Counted from the first letter of the stretch, positions 23,394-35,053 are shown. The stretch is 64,000 nucleotides of DNA from Escherichia coli (GCF_024700885.2 NZ_CP117016.1), one strand, 5' to 3'. Notes: generated by a model not told the origin, from the sequence alone. A program made the numbers and translations.

Positions 23394-25544
23394 TTAGTGG
23401 TGCGAAGAGATCTTCACGCCGCCTTCCGGGATTGGAACGTACGGTGTTTCTTTGTCAGTACGTTTGTCGCTGTTACGCACCTTCAGCCAGGTTTTGAAAC
23501 CGTAGAAGATGATGCTGTACACCACAATCAGGAACAGAATACTCAGACCTGCGTTGGTGTAGTTGTTCACAATGATGTGGTTCATGTTGGCAATCTGCTG
23601 CGCCGTCAGGTCAGTACCGTTAGCAATCTTCTCTTTGTACTGGCTTGCCATGTAGAAGAAGCCTTCCATCTGCGGGTTGGTGCTGAACAGTTTCAGGCCC
23701 AGCGCCCAGGTGGTGCAGATAAGCAGCCATACAGCCGGAACAACAGTTACCCAGATGTATTGGGTGCGCTTCATCTTAATCAGCACAACGGTACCCAGTA
23801 CCAGCGCCACGGCTGCCAGCATCTGGTTGGAGATACCGAACAGCGGCCACAGGCTCTTAACGCCGCCCAGCGGATCGACCACGCCCTGATACAGCAGGTA
23901 GCCCCACAGACCCACACAGCCCGCAGTACCGATGATACCAGCAACCAGAGAGTCGGTTTTTTTCAGGAACGGGATGAAGTTACCCAGCAGGTCTTGCAGC
24001 ATAAAGCGGCCAGAACGGGTACCGGCATCCAGCGCGGTCAGGATGAACAGGGCTTCGAACAGAATACCGAAGTGATACCAGAAGCCCATGTCAGCCATCG
24101 GCAGCACTTTGTGGAACACGTGAGCGATACCTACCGCCAGTGTCGGCGCACCACCTGCACGGTTCAGGACAGAAGGCTCACCAATGTCTTTCGCGGTTTG
24201 CAGGATCTGCTCTGGCGAAATCACGAAGCCCCAGGAGCTGACGGTCGCCGCCGCGTGTGCGGTAACGTCTTTCAACTGCGCCATGATGATCGGCGCGTTC
24301 TCGCCACCCATTTCATGCAGGTTAGGCATGGTGATGCCAAGGCCCGCAGGCGGGGTGTTCATCGCGAAGTAAAGACCCGGTTCGATGATGGACGCTGCAA
24401 CCAGCGCCATAATCGCCACGAAGGACTCCATCAGCATTGCGCCGTAGCCAATGAAACGCGCGTCGGTTTCGTTAGCCAGCAGTTTCGGCGTCGTACCGGA
24501 AGAGATCAGTGCGTGGAAGCCAGATACCGCACCACAGGCGATGGTGATGAACAGGAACGGGAACAGAGCGCCTTTCCACAGCGGGCCAGTACCGTCAATG
24601 TACTGGGTCATCGCAGGCATTTTCAGTTCCGGGTTCAGCACCACGATACCCAGCGCCAGGCCGACGATAACACCGATTTTCAGGAAGGTTGCCAGATAGT
24701 CGCGCGGTGCGAGGATCAGCCACACCGGCAGCAGTGCGGAAACAAACGCATAGCCAATCAGCGCGAAGGTAATGGTGGTGTCTTTAAAGGTCAGTGCCGG
24801 ACCCCAGTACGGATCGTGAGCAATCACGCCACCGAAGTAGATAGAGGCAACCAGCAGCACGATACCAATGACAGAGACTTCACCCACACGCCCCGGACGG
24901 ATAAAGCGCATGTAGATACCCATAAACAGCGCAATTGGTACGGTTGAGCAAACGGTGAAGACACCCCACGGACTTTCGGCCAGGGCTTTAACCACAATCA
25001 GCGCCAGAACGGCGAGGATGATGATCATGATTAAGAAACAGCCAAACAGCGCGATAGTCCCCGGTACTGGTCCCATCTCTTCTTTGATCATCTCACCGAG
25101 AGATGCGCCGTTACGGCGAGAGGAGATAAACAGCACCATAAAGTCCTGAACCGCACCGGCCAGTACTACCCCCGCCAGCAGCCACAGCGTGCCAGGCAGG
25201 TAGCCCATCTGCGCGGCGAGCACCGGACCCACCAGCGGACCAGCACCGGCGATAGCGGCGAAGTGGTGACCAAACAACACGTAACGGTTGGTCGGAACGT
25301 AGTTCAGACCGTCGTTGTTAATAACCGCAGGCGTCGCGCGCGTGGGGTCGAGTTTCATCACCTTCTGGGCGATGTACAGACTGTAGTAGCGATACGCCAC
25401 CAGATACACCGACACAGAGGCGACCACGATCCACAGGGCGCTGACGTGCTCCCCCCGACGTAATGCAACTACCGCGAGGCAGAATGCACCGATGATTCCG
25501 AGAATCACCCAGGGTATGTGCTTGAATAGTTTTTTCGTATCCAT
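23394..25544 (-). CDS. btsT: Pyruvate/proton symporter BtsT (CstA family)
   Basis: Polytopic membrane protein; start at MDTKKLFKHIPW gives 716 aa; synteny. Confidence 0.85.
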   Translation of the reverse strand: MDTKKLFKHIPWVILGIIGAFCLAVVALRRGEHVSALWIVVASVSVYLVAYRYYSLYIAQKVMKLDPTRATPAVINNDGLNYVPTNRYVLFGHHFAAIAGAGPLVGPVLAAQMGYLPGTLWLLAGVVLAGAVQDFMVLFISSRRNGASLGEMIKEEMGPVPGTIALFGCFLIMIIILAVLALIVVKALAESPWGVFTVCSTVPIALFMGIYMRFIRPGRVGEVSVIGIVLLVASIYFGGVIAHDPYWGPALTFKDTTITFALIGYAFVSALLPVWLILAPRDYLATFLKIGVIVGLALGIVVLNPELKMPAMTQYIDGTGPLWKGALFPFLFITIACGAVSGFHALISSGTTPKLLANETDARFIGYGAMLMESFVAIMALVAASIIEPGLYFAMNTPPAGLGITMPNLHEMGGENAPIIMAQLKDVTAHAAATVSSWGFVISPEQILQTAKDIGEPSVLNRAGGAPTLAVGIAHVFHKVLPMADMGFWYHFGILFEALFILTALDAGTRSGRFMLQDLLGNFIPFLKKTDSLVAGIIGTAGCVGLWGYLLYQGVVDPLGGVKSLWPLFGISNQMLAAVALVLGTVVLIKMKRTQYIWVTVVPAVWLLICTTWALGLKLFSTNPQMEGFFYMASQYKEKIANGTDLTAQQIANMNHIIVNNYTNAGLSILFLIVVYSIIFYGFKTWLKVRNSDKRTDKETPYVPIPEGGVKISSHH

Positions 25545-25936
25545 AGTAAAACCTGGCATTTTACTCGTCGTCTTTTGGCTTACAGGTGCGGCAGCTGCGT
25601 TCGTTCACCTCTGTCACTTACTGTTGTAAGCTCCCGGGGATTCACTCACTTGCTGCCTTCCTGCAAACCAAAATCCATAGAGTAATTTGTTAATCATAGG
25701 CCGAAGCCGTTCTAGGTTTGCGTTGCGTTTGAGGAGGTAAATTGACCGCTATCCTGCAGTGATGTTGCCAGAGATACGCGCGCGTAAAGTAAGGTAAATA
25801 ACTGAGTGGTTATTTTAGGGATGTAAGCGGTCAGGAATGGCGGTGAGCGGTTGGGCAAGAATTATTCATCGGGTGGATATGTGATTGAGATCACAATAAA
25901 AATGCCCCTTCGACGAATGCGTGAAGGGGCTGGAGC

Positions 25937-26449
25937 TTAAATCGCAGCTTCCATTTCCAGCATCACCGGATGGAAACGGCGTTTAAAGTAGATAAGTCCG
26001 TGACCTTCTGCACTGAGGATGATGTTTTTAATCTCCACCAGATACACCAGATGTGTGCCAATTGCCTGCACATCGCGGATCTCACCTTCAAGACTGGCTA
26101 GCGAACCTTTTAGCACCGGCTGCGCCAGCGGACCTTTTTGCCAGCATGAGAGGCTAAAACGCTCTTCCATCGCCATGCCTGTCATGCCTGCGAAGTGGCG
26201 TGCCATCAGTTCCTGCTCATGGTTGAGGACGTTGACGCACAACTTGCCGTTGCCCTGAAAAACCGGGTTCATCGCACTGTTGGCGTTAATGCACACCATC
26301 AGCGACGGTGGTGTATCCGTGACCGAGCAGACGGCCGTTGCCGTAATCCCGCATTGTCCGGCGTCGCCCTCGGTGGTGATAATATTTACCGCTGCCGACA
26401 GGCTGGCCATCGCGTCACGAAAGCGCAGGCGTTGTTCATCTAATTGCAT
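25937..26449 (-). CDS. hpaC: 4-hydroxyphenylacetate 3-monooxygenase, flavin reductase component
   Basis: 170-aa protein downstream of hpaB; matches my recollection of HpaC. Confidence 0.85.
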   Translation of the reverse strand: MQLDEQRLRFRDAMASLSAAVNIITTEGDAGQCGITATAVCSVTDTPPSLMVCINANSAMNPVFQGNGKLCVNVLNHEQELMARHFAGMTGMAMEERFSLSCWQKGPLAQPVLKGSLASLEGEIRDVQAIGTHLVYLVEIKNIILSAEGHGLIYFKRRFHPVMLEMEAAI

Positions 26450-26466
26450 CTTAACCTCCTGCTGCG

Positions 26467-28029
26467 TTATTTCAGCAGCTTATCCAGCATGTTGATATCG
26501 TCGTTGTTGTGCAGGTGCGGCACAGTCCAGCCGTTCTGGTCGTATTCCGACAGGCAGCGATCAACCATCGCCATCATCTTGTCCATATTGCCGGAGCTTT
26601 GTGCCTGGCGCAGACACTGCAGGCGAATCTCATCCTGGCTACCGGAGTAGTTGATTTCATACAGTTCGTGACGACCACCAAATTCGCTGCCAATAGCATC
26701 CCACATCAGTTTGAGGATCTTGATGCGCTGGACGTGATCCATACCATTCGAACCGCGCACATACTTCGCCAGATACTGGTCGATCTGCGGATTGTTCAGG
26801 TCACGGGCACTGGAAGGAAGATAGATCAGGCCACTGGTAACGTTGCGTTCGATAATGTTTTTGATCTTCGCGTAGGCCATTGGTGCCAGTACGCGATAGG
26901 TTTGCAGTGCGGCATGATCCGGTAAATAAGCCCCGTTGACCCACGGCGTCGCTTCTGAGCACATCGAGTCACTCAATGCCCAGAAGGTGTTGCGCCACGC
27001 CACCACTTCACCGAGATCGGCCTGCACGCCCCGGAACTCCAGGGTGCCGGTACATTCAAGTGATTTTTTCAGCAGTGCCGTGATGAAATCGAGTTTCACT
27101 GCCAGGCGCACACAGGCTTGCAGCGGATACATACGGGCGAAACCGCCTTCCATCGTCCAGCGACGGCAGCGATCGAAATCGCGGTAGATCAACACGTTTT
27201 CCCACGGGATCAGTACGTTATCCATCACCAGAATCGCATCGTTCTCATCGAAGCGGCTGGAGAGCGGGTAGTCGTACGGCGAGCCGGTAGCACCCGCGAC
27301 CATCTCATAAGAGGCGCGGGAGATTAATTTCACGCCATCGGCATCCATTGGCGCAACGAACATCAGTGCGAAGTCCGGGTTTTCGCCCATCACTTGTGCC
27401 GAGCCGAAGCCAATCATGTTGTAGTGAGTCAGCGCCGAGTTGGTGGCAACCACTTTCGCACCGCTGACGATAATCCCGGCGTCAGTCTCTTTTTCCAGCT
27501 TGATGTAAACGTCTTTTACTTTATCGGTCGGCAAATGACGATCGATCGGTGGGTTAACAATCGCGTGGTTAAAGTAGAGGCCAGTTTCCTGAATACGGGT
27601 GTACCAGTTACGGGCGTTCTGCTCGAACTGACCGTAAAAGCCCGGATTCGCGCCCAGTGCGCAACCGAAAGCGGCTTTGTAGTCTGGGGTGCGGCCCATC
27701 CAGCCATAGCTCAGGCGTGACCACTCAGCGATGGCGTCGCGTTGCTGGCGCAGGTCGTCGGCACTTTTCGCCACGCGGAAGAATTTATGGGTATAGCCGC
27801 CGCTGCCGGTGTCGGTGTTCCAACACAGAGAGTCCTGCATCTCCGGTTTGTGCAGCGCGTCGTACAGTTGGGCAACAGACGCTGCCGCATTACGAAATGC
27901 CGGATGAGTGGTGACGTCTTTCACTCGCTCGCCATAGATATAGATCTCGCGACCATCCTGCAGGCTTTTCAGATACTCTTCCCCGGTGAACGGACGTTGG
28001 GTACTGGCGCGGAAATCTTCTGGTTTCAT
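26467..28029 (-). CDS. hpaB: 4-hydroxyphenylacetate 3-monooxygenase, oxygenase component
   Basis: 520 aa; recognised as HpaB. Confidence 0.9.
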   Translation of the reverse strand: MKPEDFRASTQRPFTGEEYLKSLQDGREIYIYGERVKDVTTHPAFRNAAASVAQLYDALHKPEMQDSLCWNTDTGSGGYTHKFFRVAKSADDLRQQRDAIAEWSRLSYGWMGRTPDYKAAFGCALGANPGFYGQFEQNARNWYTRIQETGLYFNHAIVNPPIDRHLPTDKVKDVYIKLEKETDAGIIVSGAKVVATNSALTHYNMIGFGSAQVMGENPDFALMFVAPMDADGVKLISRASYEMVAGATGSPYDYPLSSRFDENDAILVMDNVLIPWENVLIYRDFDRCRRWTMEGGFARMYPLQACVRLAVKLDFITALLKKSLECTGTLEFRGVQADLGEVVAWRNTFWALSDSMCSEATPWVNGAYLPDHAALQTYRVLAPMAYAKIKNIIERNVTSGLIYLPSSARDLNNPQIDQYLAKYVRGSNGMDHVQRIKILKLMWDAIGSEFGGRHELYEINYSGSQDEIRLQCLRQAQSSGNMDKMMAMVDRCLSEYDQNGWTVPHLHNNDDINMLDKLLK

Positions 28030-28279
28030 GTCGACCTCTACAGTATTAATCGGAATACGATTGTTAATTTTGTGTTTTGTTTTTGTTATTCAATTGAAGC
28101 TTGCAGGGGCGATTACGGGAAGACACTTTTGGGACAATGGCTGGTACTTTTCAGGTCGGGTACGGTTTTGTGATCGAGGTCGCTTTTCGCGATTTTTAAC
28201 GTTACTAAATCCCCTTGCTCCAGGCGGAGAAAGGGGAATAGCAGGTGGTGCCTGGTTTCCCGTTAAGGCTAAGGGATTT

Positions 28280-29170
28280 TCACGTCACAGGTACTTTTTT
28301 GGCACGATAAGCACTGGGCGAGCAACCGACTAAACGATTAAAAAAGCGCGCAAAATAAGCCGGATCCTTAAAACCGAGTTGCCAGGCAATATTGTTCACG
28401 GCGTTATCAGAAAACAGCAGCAGCCGCTTGGCTTCTCGTAGCTGCCTGTCGAAAATCAACCGTTTTGGCGGACGGTTGGCAAAGCGGCGGCAGATGTCCG
28501 TGAGGCGTGATTCGGTGATATGCAGTTCGTTAGCGTAATCCGGTACTGTCCAGTGCTGATGAAAATGGCTTTCAATCAGCATATTAAAACGCTGGAACAG
28601 TTTTAATTCTCCGCGCATTCCGCTGGCGGCATGGTCGTCGAGTTTTGCGTTACGCAGCAGTAGGGTGAACACTGCCTGTGCCAGTAACGTCAGGGTGTGT
28701 TCCCGTCCAGGCAGTTGTTCCACCGATTCCCGCTCTATCAGTTGCCAATAGTGTTCCAGCGCCGCCAGTTCGTCGGGTTTATCTGCCAGTGACAGGCAAA
28801 TCCCCGGCAGGCCGAAGGTTTCCCGAGTGCCCGGATAAAGAACTTCCAGCAGGGGCCAGATCAGATCTTCCCGTACCGTCAACACATGACCGTCGGCGTC
28901 AGACTCCGTAATAAACGCATGAGGTACTGACGGCGGCGTCAGGACAAACAGGGGCGCTTCCACCGAGTAGCGATGATCGTCAAGCTGTAGCTCAATCTGT
29001 CCGCTATTGAGGAAATGCATCTGAAAGTACTGTTCGTGGCGATGTGGCAGCATATGGCGGCCAAAAAATGCCGCCATGCGGGCGAATGACTGATAATGCA
29101 CATCGTCCGTGCCCAGGCTTTCATCGTACTCTTTGCTGATATCAATATTGGCAATCTGACGGTCACACAT
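28280..29170 (-). CDS. hpaA: AraC-family activator of hpaBC
   Basis: C-terminal AraC-type HTH; cluster position. Confidence 0.85.
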   Translation of the reverse strand: MCDRQIANIDISKEYDESLGTDDVHYQSFARMAAFFGRHMLPHRHEQYFQMHFLNSGQIELQLDDHRYSVEAPLFVLTPPSVPHAFITESDADGHVLTVREDLIWPLLEVLYPGTRETFGLPGICLSLADKPDELAALEHYWQLIERESVEQLPGREHTLTLLAQAVFTLLLRNAKLDDHAASGMRGELKLFQRFNMLIESHFHQHWTVPDYANELHITESRLTDICRRFANRPPKRLIFDRQLREAKRLLLFSDNAVNNIAWQLGFKDPAYFARFFNRLVGCSPSAYRAKKVPVT

Positions 29171-29179
29171 CGTCGTTCC

Positions 29180-30556
29180 TTACGGGGTCGCTCGCGGACG
29201 GGAGGACTGCATTGGAATCGCCCAGATAATCCCCGCACCAATCACCAGCAGCGCGGCAACAAACCACAATCCACTGTTAAAGCTGCCGGTCAGATCTTTC
29301 AACCAGCCGATCATAAACGGACTTAACGCTGAACCAATGTTGCCTGTGGCGTTGATCACCGCAATACCGATCGCTCTTGCCCGCAGGCTGATGGACTGAT
29401 CCGGTGTTGTCCAGAAAATCGCCATTGCGCTGAATGATCCGGTCGAAGCCATAATGATCCCCAGCATCTGGAGCATGTTGTGATCAGTTGCCGAAGCCAG
29501 TAACCAACCAGCGGCAGCGAACAAATAAGGAAGGGCGGTGTGATGCCTTCGTTCCTGGCGGCGATCTGAGTGACGGCTCCAGTAGATCATCCCGAGAATG
29601 GTACAAATCTGCGGTACGGCGGCCAGCAGGCCGATGGTGATATTACTGCTGCCCTGATTAAAGCTTTGCAGGATCTGCGGTGTCCAGATGCTGATCGCAC
29701 TAAGTGTGTTGGTCAGGCAGAAATACGCCAGGGTATACATCATCACCACCGGAGTGAAGATCTCCCGCCACATGCTGCGTTGTTGCATGGCATGGTGGCT
29801 GATGGCTCCCTCAGGCTGAACCAGCGTCAGACGATCGTTATCCATCATCTCTTGCAGGCATTTTTTGTCTTCTTTCGTCAGCCACTTAGCTTTGTCCGGT
29901 GAGTCATCAAGCCAGAACCACACCATGACGCCGAGTAATACCGACGGGAAGCCTTCCAGCAAAAACAGCCACTGCCAGCCTTTTAATGCCATTACGCCAT
30001 CCAGCGACAAAATGTAGCCGGAAACGATAGAGCCCAGCGCTGTCGTTACCGGCATTGCCACCATAAACAAGGCGTTGGCACGGGCGCGGAAATAGGCCGG
30101 AAACCAGAAGGTTAAATACAGCAGAATGCCAGGCAGAAAGCCGGCTTCGGTAATGCCAACCAGTATACGCAGTACGTACAAGCTGGTGGGGCCAGTGGCA
30201 AACATGGTAGCAGTAGAGGCGATGCCCCAAAGCACCATGATGGTGGCGATCCAGCGCCGTGCACCGACAATACTCAGCATAATGTTGCTGGGAATGCCGA
30301 AGATGACATAAGCGGCGTAGAACAGGGTGGTGGCGAGGCCAAACATGGTGGCGCTCAGACCGAGGTCGCGTCCCATCGTGAGTCCGGCAAAGCCGATGTT
30401 GATGCGATCAAGGAACGAGAAGATAAACAGCACGAACAGAAAGACGATCAGGCGGCGAAACAGCTTCTTAATAACCGCCTGTTGTCCGGTAGTCAGCGCT
30501 TTATGCTGATTCGCCGGATCGATACTCTCCGGTATGGCAGGTGAGGTGTCGCTCAT
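29180..30556 (-). CDS. hpaX: 4-hydroxyphenylacetate MFS transporter
   Basis: 458-aa MFS protein; cluster position. Confidence 0.85.
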   Translation of the reverse strand: MSDTSPAIPESIDPANQHKALTTGQQAVIKKLFRRLIVFLFVLFIFSFLDRINIGFAGLTMGRDLGLSATMFGLATTLFYAAYVIFGIPSNIMLSIVGARRWIATIMVLWGIASTATMFATGPTSLYVLRILVGITEAGFLPGILLYLTFWFPAYFRARANALFMVAMPVTTALGSIVSGYILSLDGVMALKGWQWLFLLEGFPSVLLGVMVWFWLDDSPDKAKWLTKEDKKCLQEMMDNDRLTLVQPEGAISHHAMQQRSMWREIFTPVVMMYTLAYFCLTNTLSAISIWTPQILQSFNQGSSNITIGLLAAVPQICTILGMIYWSRHSDRRQERRHHTALPYLFAAAGWLLASATDHNMLQMLGIIMASTGSFSAMAIFWTTPDQSISLRARAIGIAVINATGNIGSALSPFMIGWLKDLTGSFNSGLWFVAALLVIGAGIIWAIPMQSSRPRATP

Positions 30557-30600
30557 TTTTCTTCCTCTAATGGGATTTTTGTAGGGTACGACAAGGTTTA

Positions 30601-30670
30601 TGGCGGATGCGGCGTAAACGCCTTATCCGGCTACAGTTTGGTACTGCTGTAAGCCGGATAAGCGCATTCA
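30601..30670. repeat. REP/BIME-like palindromic elements between hpaX and hpaI
   Basis: ggcggatgcggcgtaaacgccttatccggc and gccggataagcgc motifs read directly. Confidence 0.55.
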
Positions 30671-30673
30671 GCA

Positions 30674-31462
30674 TTAATACACGCCGGGCTTAACGGTCGT
30701 GGCCTGCGCGCCAAACCGTGCTGCCAACGCTTCGGCGGCGCGGGCGAGCAGGGTGGTGTCAACGCCGACGGCGACAAACAGCGCGCCCAGTTCCAGATAG
30801 CGTTTTGCCAGTTGCTCATTGGCGATCAGGATCCCCGGCGCTTTGCCCGCTTCGCGGATCTGCACGATCGCCTGCTCAATGGCGACCTGTACTTCCGGGT
30901 GCTGTGGATTACCGGCATAACCCATATCGGCGCTCAGATCCGCCGGGCCGATAAACACGCCGTCGACCCCTTCCACGTCCAGAATCTGCGGTAAGTTCTT
31001 CATTGCCTCACGCGTTTCGATCTGCACCAGCACGCACATTTGATCGTTGGCTTTTTGCAGGTAATCAGGAATGCGATTCCAGCGCGAGGCGCGAGCCAGC
31101 GCACTGCCCACACCGCGAATACCGGCGGGGGGATAACGGGTGGCGCGTACCGCTTCACGGGCTTCGTCGGCGTTTTGTACCATCGGCACCAGTAAGGTTT
31201 GTGTGCCGACGTCCAGCAGTTGTTTGATTTGCACCGGATCGTTCCACGACGGACGTACTACCGGCTGGCTGGGGTAGGGCGCAATCGCCTGTAGCTGGGT
31301 GAGCACAGTTTGCACGTTATTCGGCGCGTGCTCACCGTCGATCAATAACCAGTCGAATCCTGCTCCGGCCAGTAACTCTGCGCTGTAGCTGCTACTTAGC
31401 CCCAGCCATAATCCGATCTGCGGGCGGCCTGCTTTCAGCGCCGCTTTAAAACTGTTTTCCAT
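30674..31462 (-). CDS. hpaI: 2,4-dihydroxyhept-2-ene-1,7-dioate aldolase
   Basis: ORF extends to 31603; start placed at [20 protein letters not shown] to match the expected size. Confidence 0.85.
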   Translation of the reverse strand: MENSFKAALKAGRPQIGLWLGLSSSYSAELLAGAGFDWLLIDGEHAPNNVQTVLTQLQAIAPYPSQPVVRPSWNDPVQIKQLLDVGTQTLLVPMVQNADEAREAVRATRYPPAGIRGVGSALARASRWNRIPDYLQKANDQMCVLVQIETREAMKNLPQILDVEGVDGVFIGPADLSADMGYAGNPQHPEVQVAIEQAIVQIREAGKAPGILIANEQLAKRYLELGALFVAVGVDTTLLARAAEALAARFGAQATTVKPGVY

Positions 31463-31472
31463 CGTTCTCTCC

Positions 31473-32276
31473 TTAAACAAAGCGGCAGCTAATGGAGCCC
31501 ATGTTGCCGTAATCGACGTGGAAGGTGTCGCCCTTACGCGCCGGAACCGGGCGGGTAAACGAACCGCCGAGAATGATTTGCCCGGCTTCCAGTTGTACGT
31601 CATACGGTGCGAGTTTGTTCGCCAGCCAGGCCACGCCGTTTGCCGGGTGATTCAGCACGCCAGCGGCGACGCCGGTTTCTTCAATCACGCCATTGCGATA
31701 CATCAGGGCGGAGATCCAACGTAGATCCAACTCATCGGGCTTAATGGGACGACCACCGAGGATCACCCCGGCATTGGCGGCGTTATCAGAAATGGTGTCG
31801 AACACTTTACGCGGGCGCTGGGTTTCCGGATCGATGTTGTGGCAGCGAGCGTCGATCAGCTCCAGCGCCGGGATCACATAGTCCGTGGCGTTGTAGACGT
31901 CGAACAGCGTGCAGTTTGGCCCACGCAGCGGTTTTGCCAGCACGAAAGCCAGCTCCACTTCAATGCGCGGCACGATAAAGCGATCGGTCGGGATATCGCT
32001 GCCATCGTGGAAGAACATGTCATCCAGCAGGGCACCATAATCCGGCTCGCTGATTTGCGAGCTGGCCTGCATCGCTTTCGAGGTCAGGCCGATTTTGTGG
32101 CCTTTCAGCGTACGGCCTTCGGCAATTTTCAGGCGGACCCATTCGCGCTGTACGGCGTAGGCATCTTCGATGGTGATCTCCGGGTAATCCAGCGAGATCG
32201 CGCGGATCTGTTCACGCTGTTTTTCTGCCTGATCCAGACGCTGGGCGATCAGGGTGTGGGTGTGTTTATCGAACAT
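31473..32276 (-). CDS. hpaH: 2-oxo-hept-3-ene-1,7-dioate hydratase
   Basis: ORF to 32294; start at [15 protein letters not shown]; cluster position. Confidence 0.85.
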   Translation of the reverse strand: MFDKHTHTLIAQRLDQAEKQREQIRAISLDYPEITIEDAYAVQREWVRLKIAEGRTLKGHKIGLTSKAMQASSQISEPDYGALLDDMFFHDGSDIPTDRFIVPRIEVELAFVLAKPLRGPNCTLFDVYNATDYVIPALELIDARCHNIDPETQRPRKVFDTISDNAANAGVILGGRPIKPDELDLRWISALMYRNGVIEETGVAAGVLNHPANGVAWLANKLAPYDVQLEAGQIILGGSFTRPVPARKGDTFHVDYGNMGSISCRFV

Positions 32277-32343
32277 GGCGATATCCTGTGGCATTGCCGG
32301 ATGCGGCTGCGCCTTATCATCCGGCCTGGAAGCTGGTGCAAAT

Positions 32344-32724
32344 TTATTTAAACAACGCGTGTACGTTGTTCTGTTTGAAATTCAACGTCGGGTGCAGCTC
32401 TGCAATCTCAAATGAAAGCGCCAGGTAACGGCTCTCCATCAGTGAGGCGAAGTGCGTTTTAATCAGATCAAACAGCATTTCGCCCACTTTCTGACGGCTT
32501 TCCAGACTGCGCCCGCTGCCGATTTTTAGCGTCATATGCACAAAGGCGTAATCGTGCTTGCCATCAGCCATTTGCCAGGTATCGATCCAGTGTGCCCGGC
32601 TACGTATTCCCCCAAGCGGAAAAATCCCCGTCGCCGCCAGTGCGGTGTTAACACTGGCAAACAGCTCAGGTAAGCGGGCTTCTTGACGAATATTTTCAGT
32701 ACATTCCACGATAAAGTGCGGCAT
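32344..32724 (-). CDS. hpaF: 5-carboxymethyl-2-hydroxymuconate isomerase
   Basis: 126 aa beginning [12 protein letters not shown]; cluster position. Confidence 0.85.
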   Translation of the reverse strand: MPHFIVECTENIRQEARLPELFASVNTALAATGIFPLGGIRSRAHWIDTWQMADGKHDYAFVHMTLKIGSGRSLESRQKVGEMLFDLIKTHFASLMESRYLALSFEIAELHPTLNFKQNNVHALFK

Positions 32725-32733
32725 GGTGGTTCC

Positions 32734-33585
32734 TTACGCGGGAAGCGGGAAAACAGCGTTAACCTGACCAGTACCGGAGCTTGGGAACAGCTCGGTAATA
32801 AACTCCACCTTGCCGTCGTATTTATCCCAGCCGAGCATCCCCAGCAGCATCACCGTGTCGTGCATATTGCCTTCGCCGTAGCAGTAGTCGGCGTACTCCG
32901 GCAGCATATTGCAGAACTCTTTGAACTGGCCTTCGCGCCACAGCTTCACCACGCGCTCGTCCATCTGGCGGTCGAACTCGCGGGTGTAGCTGTTCATCCC
33001 TTCTTCTGCACGCTGATCGTCAATAAAGCGGTGCGATAACGAACCGCTGGCAAGGACCGCCACGGTACCGTCGTACTGTTCGATCGCTTTCAGAATCGCT
33101 TCGCCCAGCTTGCGGCTGTCGGCAAAATCGTGAACCGTGCAGAAAGCCGAAATGGAGACCACTTTGAAGTGCTTGTCTTCATTCATGTAGCGCATTGGCA
33201 CCAGCGTGCCGTATTCCAGTTTCAGGCTGGGAATATTGTGCGCTTTTGCCCGCACGCCGAGTTTTAAGGCTTCATCGGCAATAAGCTGCCCCAACTCCGG
33301 GTTGCCCTCGTAGTTGTAGGTCATGTCACGAATAAAATGCGGCAGCTCGTTACTGGTGTAGACGCCTTCAAAATGGTCTGCACAGTTGATGTGATAAGCA
33401 CTGTTGACCAGCCAGTGGGTATCGAAAACGATAATGGTATCGACGCCCATTTCCCGGCAACGCTTGCTGATCTCTTTATGCCCGTCGATCGCGCCCTGGC
33501 GGCAACCGTGGTTTTTCCCTGGCAGTTCAGAGAGATACATCGACGGTACGTGCGTGATCTTGGCGGCTAACGCTAACTTACCCAT
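32734..33585 (-). CDS. hpaD: 3,4-dihydroxyphenylacetate 2,3-dioxygenase
   Basis: 283 aa; cluster position. Confidence 0.9.
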   Translation of the reverse strand: MGKLALAAKITHVPSMYLSELPGKNHGCRQGAIDGHKEISKRCREMGVDTIIVFDTHWLVNSAYHINCADHFEGVYTSNELPHFIRDMTYNYEGNPELGQLIADEALKLGVRAKAHNIPSLKLEYGTLVPMRYMNEDKHFKVVSISAFCTVHDFADSRKLGEAILKAIEQYDGTVAVLASGSLSHRFIDDQRAEEGMNSYTREFDRQMDERVVKLWREGQFKEFCNMLPEYADYCYGEGNMHDTVMLLGMLGWDKYDGKVEFITELFPSSGTGQVNAVFPLPA

Positions 33586-33586
33586 A

Positions 33587-35053
33587 TCAGACTCCCCATT
33601 TCGGAATTGGATGGTCGCCCATGGAAATGCAGACGTTCTTCATTTCCGCGAACACTTCGAAGCTGTACTCACCGCCTTCACGCCCGGTGCCGGAGGCTTT
33701 TACGCCGCCAAACGGCTGGCGCAGGTCGCGCACGTTCTGGGTGTTGACGAACACCATGCCTGCTTCAATGCCACGCGCCAGGCGTAACACTTTGCTGACA
33801 TCCTGCGTCCAGATGTACGATGCCAGGCCGTACTCCACGTCGTTTGCCAGGCGTAAGCCTTCGGCTTCGTCTTTAAACGGCAGCAGGCAGGCGACCGGCC
33901 CGAAAATCTCTTCCTGGGCGACGCGCATACGGTTATCTACGTCTGCCAGCACGGTTGGGCGCAGGAAGTTGCCGCCTTTCAGATGTGCAGGCAGGTCAGA
34001 CGGTTTATCCGGGCCGCCCGCCAGCAGGGTTGCGCCTTCTTCAATGCCGAGACGGATATAGCCAGAGACTTTTTCCCAGTGCTGCTGGCTGATAAGCGCC
34101 CCAACCTGGGTATTCGGATCGTTCGGATCGCCCACGCGCAGACGGTTGGCGCGTTCGGCAAAGCGTTTAACGAATTCCGGGTAGATGCTTTGCTGAATAA
34201 AGATGCGCGAACCGGCGGTGCAGCGCTCGCCGTTGATCGAGAAGATGGTGAACAGGGCAGCGTCCAGCGCGCGTTCAATATCGGCATCTTCAAAAATCAG
34301 CACCGGCGATTTACCGCCCAGTTCCATGGAGTATTTTTTCAGCCCGGCGTTTTTCATGATGTTGCGCCCGGTGGCCGTACCGCCGGTGAACGACACGGCA
34401 CGTACGTCATGATGACGAACCAGCGCATCGCCTGCGGTTGCGCCGTAGCCCTGTACCACGTTCAGCACGCCCGCCGGAATACCGGCTTCCAGCGCCAGCT
34501 CACCCAGGCGGTCAGCGGTCAGCGGGGAGAGTTCCGACATTTTCAACACCGCGGTATTGCCCAGCGCCAGACACGGCGCGACCTTCCATGTGGCGGTCAT
34601 AAACGGCACGTTCCACGGCGATACCAGCGCACAAACGCCTACCGGTTGCACCAGCGTGTAGTTGAGCATCTTGTCGTCAACCGGATAGGTCTTGCCGTTC
34701 ATCTGCTGGCAGACTTCCGCGAAAAATTCAAAGTTGTGAGAAGCGCGTGGGATCAACACATTTTTGGTCTGATGGATTGGCAGGCCCGTGTCAGCGGTTT
34801 CCATCGCGGCGATCTCAGGCACGTTCTGGTCGATCAGATCGCCCAGACGGCGCATCAGGCGCGCACGCTCTTTCATCGGCAGATTGGCCCATTTCGGGAA
34901 CGCCTCTTTCGCTGCCGCTACCGCCTGATTGATCTCCGCTTCACCGCCAGAGGCCACATCCGCCAGCACTTCACCCGTTGCCGGATTGGTGGTCTGGAAG
35001 TAGTCGTTACCTGCAACATTTTTGCCGTTGATCCAATGATTTACTTTTTTCAT
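33587..35053 (-). CDS. hpaE: 5-carboxymethyl-2-hydroxymuconate semialdehyde dehydrogenase
   Basis: 488-aa aldehyde dehydrogenase (ELGGKSP, catalytic-Cys motif region); cluster position. Confidence 0.9.
   Translation of the reverse strand: MKKVNHWINGKNVAGNDYFQTTNPATGEVLADVASGGEAEINQAVAAAKEAFPKWANLPMKERARLMRRLGDLIDQNVPEIAAMETADTGLPIHQTKNVLIPRASHNFEFFAEVCQQMNGKTYPVDDKMLNYTLVQPVGVCALVSPWNVPFMTATWKVAPCLALGNTAVLKMSELSPLTADRLGELALEAGIPAGVLNVVQGYGATAGDALVRHHDVRAVSFTGGTATGRNIMKNAGLKKYSMELGGKSPVLIFEDADIERALDAALFTIFSINGERCTAGSRIFIQQSIYPEFVKRFAERANRLRVGDPNDPNTQVGALISQQHWEKVSGYIRLGIEEGATLLAGGPDKPSDLPAHLKGGNFLRPTVLADVDNRMRVAQEEIFGPVACLLPFKDEAEGLRLANDVEYGLASYIWTQDVSKVLRLARGIEAGMVFVNTQNVRDLRQPFGGVKASGTGREGGEYSFEVFAEMKNVCISMGDHPIPKWGV

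Noticed and set aside
23397-24947. 516-aa ORF on the plus strand
   Set aside because: Antisense to btsT; Arg/His/Gln-rich, low-complexity translation typical of a spurious frame opposite a GC-rich gene, whereas the minus-strand product is a clear CstA-family transporter.
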